Source: Mustelus asterias (taxonomy: Eukaryota). Taken from it: a stretch of 64,000 bases of DNA. Position 1 is the first letter of the stretch. Every line of letters begins with the position of its first letter. The notes below the pieces were generated by a model, which did no database searches, was not told where the DNA came from, and was given only the letters and a program-made list of their open reading frames with translations. Both the position numbers and the translations under genes were made by a program. Shown here one piece after another: positions 57,419 to 64,000 of the stretch. The stretch lies in NCBI RefSeq assembly GCF_964213995.1, contig NC_135818.1, positions 24,056,001-24,120,000 of the forward strand, written 5' to 3'.

Positions 57419-58529
57419 GTAAGTAGCATATTTTTTTAAATGTATACATGTGTTTTAGGAGAGGTGCGGAAGATCAGTTGCAGACTAGGACTTGTCGCAC
57501 CATTTTCTTTATAAAGGAAACATTGAAATTATAAGTGCCTTATCAGGGTTGCCTTCATTTATTAAAGCTAAATTGTTTTTGCTGGCTTCTGCTTTCTGAA
57601 CTGACTCCTGGGCCCTGCGGCCTCAGGAATTTGGGTTGCAAATCCATGTCCTACGACTTCACTACGTGCTTTCTTTGGAGAGGGTTTGATTATTGCTACA
57701 CCACAGTTACCATGCGATTGAGTATCCCACTTTGTAGCAAAACATACCAGTTGATTTCATTTCCTGAACTTTTTTGACCTCTAGTCATTTTATTAACCAC
57801 CCAATAAATGTATAATGTCATGACAAAACACCTCCTTATTCAAGGTCTAGTTCATGGAGGTTTTTTGCTGAATATAAGAAAAAAGACAAAGTGCGAAATA
57901 GGTTGATCGTTCCAACTGGTTGAAAAGTACACATCAGCCTGGATTGTTCTTTTTGTAGTTGAAATTGACACTATTTTGTTCCTGATTTAGACCCCACTTG
58001 TTACCCTGGCTCTCGTAGGGAACATCACTCTCTCAGTGATTGACTCCTGTGTGCTCTGGTGGATATCCTTTACATTATATTGAAATGTCATATCTTCTAT
58101 TACATGGATAGCGGAGTCAATGGCTGCAAGGATGGTTCTGCTTTCGAGTGAAGTGAGCATGGGATTTGCTGTCAAGGGGAGAGAGTATGGAGTTCGTGTT
58201 GTTGATTAAATAAGTATGGGGTCAGTGTTGTGGAGAGGAGTGAGTACAGAATCTGTGCTGTGAAGGAACTGAGCCAGGTGCCTGTACTGTCGAAGGGAGT
58301 GAGTATGTTTCAAGTGGTGAATGAAATTGCTTCTCTCTCGAGCATACACTAAAGATAACATTAAGTCACATGGCTTGCAAGTTTATAGCCACATTGTACA
58401 AAGGCACTTCTCAAAAAATTCCTCTTTCATAAAAAATACTCATTTAGAGTTGCAAGTCAGACACATAGATAGTCTATAATGAAAATCATCTCACAGGCAT
58501 AGAAAACTGGTCATTCTAGTCTGATCCCT

Positions 58530-61500
58530 TTTTATCTGTCCCTACATAGGTATTGTACACACAACCCTTAAAGTGTTTAGATTTTCTAATGGTACGCATG
58601 CAAATTGTTATTGGCTGCTTGTCTGAAGTCTGCACATTCCTGTGGTGATGGAATTCCTGGGAATTTTGCTCCTAAGGCAAGTGTTGCTGCCATGGTAATC
58701 GTTGCTGCTAATCTATTGCTTTTGTTGGGAAACAGTTGACTTCTGGAGCTGATGTTCATTCATTCCCATGTGTGATTGATGAATTAACATCTTGCTCATC
58801 AAGTTGGTGTGAAGGAGCAGCTTCTCCAGTTGTATGTATAATTCTGCAGCCACAACAATATATTTGGTTGTTCATTTTCACTGTGTAGGATTGAGGTGCT
58901 AACTTCTTTACACAGATCCCAACTTGCCAAATGGACTGACTTTTGAGAGCATTGAATGTTTGCACTGGAAATGAATTGGCAGCCTTATCAAAGTGAAATT
59001 TGGCTCCCTATCGTTTCACTTTGATTCTGTCACACTAGTTAGCACTTCTGGCTTCAGTGGTGTTTTAGCTGTTAGAAGAGTAGTTTTGAGTGCAGCATGA
59101 TGTTAGTTGCTGAACTGGACTACTTTCCATGCCCTCAGAAGATGTGTTTCTCCACTCTAAGGTTGCCTTCTACACCAGTGTTGGATCTGCTTGATTTTTT
59201 TCACTGCTGCACCAGCCTTTCCATTGACTGGGATAGTGTGGAGATACTGTGCTATGCTGAATTTCCCAATCATTGGTGAAGTGCTTGAATTCTGAATACT
59301 TCATTGACTGGTATGGCCCTTGAGCTCATTGCTCATATTTGGTCAGTAGAGCCTTCCCCAGACTTGACTTGATTTCCTGATAGCTTGCATGGATGTGTAC
59401 CCTTTCCCCATCATATCAGGATGATGATTCTAGTTCCTTTGTGCAAGATGTCATCATGAGCAATCAATTCATCCCTGTTTGCCCAATACTCTCTTATAAC
59501 AACAGTTGTGCCCTTGATGGTTTCTGGCCATTCTTTCATCAATACTTCTTGAAGCACTTGGGGAGTTGCATCTTGTGTAGTTTGCTTGATCTGAGCTGAG
59601 TTGATGACTTCCAGGGCATTTCATGCTGTTGCTTCTTATTGAATCTGAAAGATTTCACAGTACTAGTAAAGGAGTGCAGCTCTTAACAGCATGTAGACGA
59701 TGTAGATTTTCTTCCCTTGTACTTCACTTCCAAATAGTATCTCTGTCAATGGTATAACATCCTTTGCAGACACTTTAGAGTGCATAGAAGTGATTTGAGT
59801 AAGATGCTTTGAAGTGGCTTGTGGTCAGACTCCGGTATCACTTTCTCTCTCCCAAACAGGTACTATTTAAAATGCCCAGAAGCAAAGACAATAAGCAGGC
59901 ACCCAATCTTAATCTGTCTTGCAGGCATCACATTGCAGGGTGACCTTATCGTTATCATCAGGGTTCTTCAGCAACGACTTTGTCCTTGCTAGTTGTTTGA
60001 TACAAGTGAAAGCTGCTCCTGTGCCCAATACCATTGAACATACTTTGTAGTGAGCTTTCATTGAGGTTCTCATTCTAGTGACAAATTGGACAAGAACTTA
60101 GCTAGGTAGTTCATAAGTTCAACAAATCGTTGCACTGCCATCACATTTGTTGGTGGCTGCATCTCTGCTACACCTCTCACCATATCAGAATCAGGGTGTG
60201 CACCTTTCAAGTACTAATGTACTTGGCTTCAATCATCTTCAGTTGCAATTTTTTCTTGTTCAGTATCAGATTCATCTGATGAGCTCTCTAGCAGTCTCAG
60301 ATTTTGATCATGGTCTGCGATGGCTTATTACATCATATCCCTATTTCCACAAGCTAACAGATCATCCACACTTGCCTCCACTTCTGGAAGATTATTGACT
60401 ATCTCATGCTGTCTGTGTTGAGTCGTCCTGAGCAGTAAAGATGCCAAATGGCATATGCAACCATCTGTACCTCCTAAATGACATCCACAATGTAGTCAGG
60501 AAACTGCTATTTTCATCCCACTTCACTTGCCAGTATCTGTCCTGCTACCATGCTGCTATTCCAGTCCATAGCAGTTGTCACCTTCTTGATTATTCCCATC
60601 TTTTCAAGCTGCTCTATCTTGTATTTCAGGCTGGACCTGGGGGCAGCTGGAGTTCTCCTTGGAAGATGTCGAATTGATCACACACACTCTATTTCAAAAT
60701 GATAATCACCAGGAAGGCACCCAAGACTTGCAAAATATCTCTGTAATATTTTTGGATTTGTTCAGCAGTCAATGGCTTTGCGCCATGCAAAACACTGCAA
60801 CTTCTTCTGGTACATGGAGGGTTACCAATCCAAGCTTTGGATTTGTTTTAGCTGTGATGGGTGGATTATGCCTCACGTCTACTATTTGGAACTGCAATTT
60901 TTCTTCATTTCTGTTGCATTGGGCTCTCGGCTTAGTTTACTCTCTTGAGATGAACATGGCTCCATCACATGCTCATGCAACTTTAGCTTCAATGGCTTAA
61001 TTTTCAGATTACCATCTTGAGGAATTTCACACAGGCCTGTGAAACTCATGATGTTGCATATAACGGCAGTGCCTATCTGACATGTTTTTCCCTTGAGACT
61101 TGGATGCCAACCTAATCTCAGGTGTAGAGATTCATTATCCAAAATCTCTCCATGAAACCATCTACATAGGCTTGCCTTACTACTTTCCAGCAAAACACAT
61201 GACAGAGGGGTTCAGCTTCTTGCAACTCGAGCACTGCTTTCCCCACATGGACATGCTTCCTTTAGTTTTGCGTGCTGTCCTCTGCAATATTTACATCCAG
61301 TACTCTGCTCTGATCTTTCTGTTGGCCCTTTTGCAAATACTTGGTCCTTCTCTCCAATGTATTGTGCTTGGAAGGTCTGAACCGCAAAGTGCAAAACCTC
61401 ATCAATTCTTCCATTAATACTCTGCAGCTGCTGATTAACTACTTAAGAGTGGGGTCAGTGCCGCCGAGGGGAGCGAGCGCTGCGTCAGTGCCGCCGAGGG

Positions 61501-61920
61501 GAGCTCCACAGGCTGACTATATCAGTCAGGGCACTGATGTGAAACTCCTTTTTCCTGAGATTTGAAGAGCAAATGTAATTAATTAGTAGACTTCCTACTG
61601 ACTAATAAACTGATGTCCGTGATAAAGTGTTCTGTAGAACATGAGTCCTTATTTACTGTTGCCAAATCTGGGATGTTTATCACCTCAATTCAGCTGAATT
61701 GTCTCAAGTGTCAGGGTGAAGAGACCATGGCCACACAGAATTGTTGTTGCGTAAATTGGACATTGGAATGTGGGTTCATATCCAGATCAAACTGTTGGTA
61801 TGCAAGTCCCTGTTTACTAACTGTAGGGGCCCTGGTTAAAATCGCTTTCAACCTACTTCTTAATGGGTGTGGGTGCAGCGCCCTGGGGAGTGAAACCACA
61901 AATTAATTTTCCTGTCTTGA
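58530..61920 (-). mobile_element. Degenerate Gypsy LTR retrotransposon (gag zinc knuckle, PR, RT, RNase H, IN remnants)
   Basis: CKYCRGQHAKLKEACP..CSSCKK knuckle; RYRWLHMPFGI (RT); ESDHKPLQSIL..LQRM (RNase H); APQSYTV (IN C-terminus). Confidence 0.75.
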
Positions 61921-64000
61921 ATTTATTTGTAGATTCAATGCAATGCAATGTCTTGTCTCAGATCAGTGAAAACTTTGCCTACGGTTTATGTTATGCTACT
62001 GCCATTTCCTAGTTGATGTCACAGGAAATCATTCTTTCCTTTTATCCCCTCTTTCCCTTGCTTTTATCTGACTGTGTCCTTTCCTTTTTTAGGAGAATTT
62101 CGACTTGACCCTCCTAGCCTTTATCCCTCTGGCTGTTCTCGACACTGCCCTTTGCTGGTGGATATCCTTTCTGGGTATGGGATTTTCCAGGGAAAAGGAT
62201 TTCTGATCTGTTTTCTATTTTCAGTCAAGGAAAGGTTATTCTGCTTAACACGCCTACTCTTTCTCGATGTATAATTCGTGACTTAGGGACAATATAGCAA
62301 CTGGAATAGGGAGATAATTAAAGGCCAGAAAGTAAATGGTGAATGTTGTGGAAGGTTTCTTGGAATATAAAGATATGGTGAATGGTTTTCCACACATGCA
62401 TGTGTTCAGGCTGCTCTTACTAGCTTTACAAGTAAATTATTTGAACATAAGAACTGAGACACTATTGACTGCTGTCATTAAACTGGTGGATGTAGACTGC
62501 AGAGGCAGATAGATATGTAGAAAGATGTGAAATAATACACAAAGAATAGGGAATGAAATTATACTTTGATTTAGCAAGATTTTAAAGTAGAGGGATACTA
62601 GTGTGGCTAAACGTTGGATTGAAGTGTCACAATAAGGTAAATAATAATGACTTGATCCCAATGGCCAACAAGATAACAACAGGGCACAAAAATCAGTTGC
62701 AGGGTTGGCTGGAAAGTACATCTCCACTTACAGGCTGGGATGTGGAATTTTCTGCTAAAAATAGTGAAGAGCTTTTATATATATTAATTTGAGAAGAAAT
62801 CAGACAGCTGTTTAGAAAACAACAAATACTAAGAAGTGGGAGTGAGGAGGAATGTAGGATTAGATTAGATGACTGATGTGACCCTATTTGAATTTCCTTT
62901 GCTTGGCATATGAAATTATCATAACCCTTAGAATAAGTATGTCTCATTACTGTCAGCTTTCTTCAACCTTATGTAGGAAGGGGGAAGTGAGCACTATCTG
63001 TAAATCAAGTTGGTACTCTCAAACCCAAGTACCAATTCCTCCTCCTGAAAACACCTGCTCAGTGTGCGATCAGAGATGCGACTCTAGACGAGCTCACCAA
63101 CCACACAAGGACCCACAGAACCCTTGACCAGTAACAAGGAGTTTTTTAGGTGAACAATCATACTCATTAGCAAGTGATCACCAAAAAAGATTTAAGTAAC
63201 AGTTCTTGTTAAATTTGAAGCTTAATTTTTTTTCTCATGAAGAGCTTGCTGCTCTTTGACTTGGCTCTAAAGTGCATTACCTTTGGCAGTGGTATCTATA
63301 ATTGCCTGTGCATTGCACCATGGAGTTGAAGGTAACTGGTTTGCCACAGATGTTTTTACATGGGGCTGTCAATTGTGCTACTGGAAAGGAGCACTGGCAA
63401 CAGAGTAGGAGAAAATGCTAGTGGGACAATCTGCCTTACATTTTTATACCTGTCTACCTGTCTTTCAATCTTAAAATTTGAGTTAGACCATTTAAGAGAG
63501 AAATCAGAAAGTGTGTTTTCCTGTAATTGAAATTTTGTACTTGCTCCCCCAAAAAACTGGGAATACTAGATCAATTGAACTTCTCAAAACTGAGATTGAT
63601 AGAGCTGTCAAGATATGAAGTAAAACTGGTAAATAGAGTTGAGGTATAGACCTTCCTCCTGTAGTATCAACATTCATCAGTCGGAGAGTGAGAAAGTTCC
63701 AGCTGGCATACCATCAAACGCTAAGTTTTTCTGGAGCTATGTTTATTATTTGATTTTCAAATCTCCAAAATACTTTTACATAGGACAAGATTGGTATTGT
63801 TGTGTGCCTCCAATTTTCTTCTTCTGAAGCTGGGGTATGACTTTTGTCCCTTGCACAAGGCTGTTAGTCTGTTTTAGAAATGATACCATGCTAGGGTTGG
63901 AGAGGCTCTGGAAAGGGTGCATATTTTGTATTTGGAAGTAAGAAGAATTTGGGAACATCGGTAAGATCCGAGAGGGCATGTTGCAGCTTTACACAGCCTG

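Noticed and set aside
57419-64000. TMEM87A exon 12
   Set aside because: No convincing exon found by eye; it probably lies beyond the window.

Overview
Vertebrate (inferred elasmobranch/shark, from HE1/V-SINE, Deu-SINE, CR1 and Penelope repeat content) genomic window. It holds the first 11 coding exons of TMEM87A (+ strand, 9273-57418, continuing past the window) head-to-head with the first coding exons of GANC (- strand, 5606-7005). A GC-rich bidirectional promoter and a 37-bp minisatellite lie between them. Introns are packed with CR1 LINEs, SINEs, Penelope, Harbinger, Tx1, RTE and Gypsy remnants, and there is a 200-N gap. The standout is a ~6.9-kb, all-sense cassette in TMEM87A intron 3: a CR1 fragment truncated at both ends, then an intact TRIM13 ORF with UTRs, AATAAA and an A-tract, then a second CR1 with an intact 1001-aa ORF2 and the only 3' tail. 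The best reading is a single reverse-transcription event with two template switches, i.e. CR1-mediated retrogene capture. Penelope-type fold-back insertions with hammerhead ribozyme motifs, a CTCF-motif array and a U2-like-headed element are also noted. Homology calls rest on recalled protein and repeat sequences; no searches were run.
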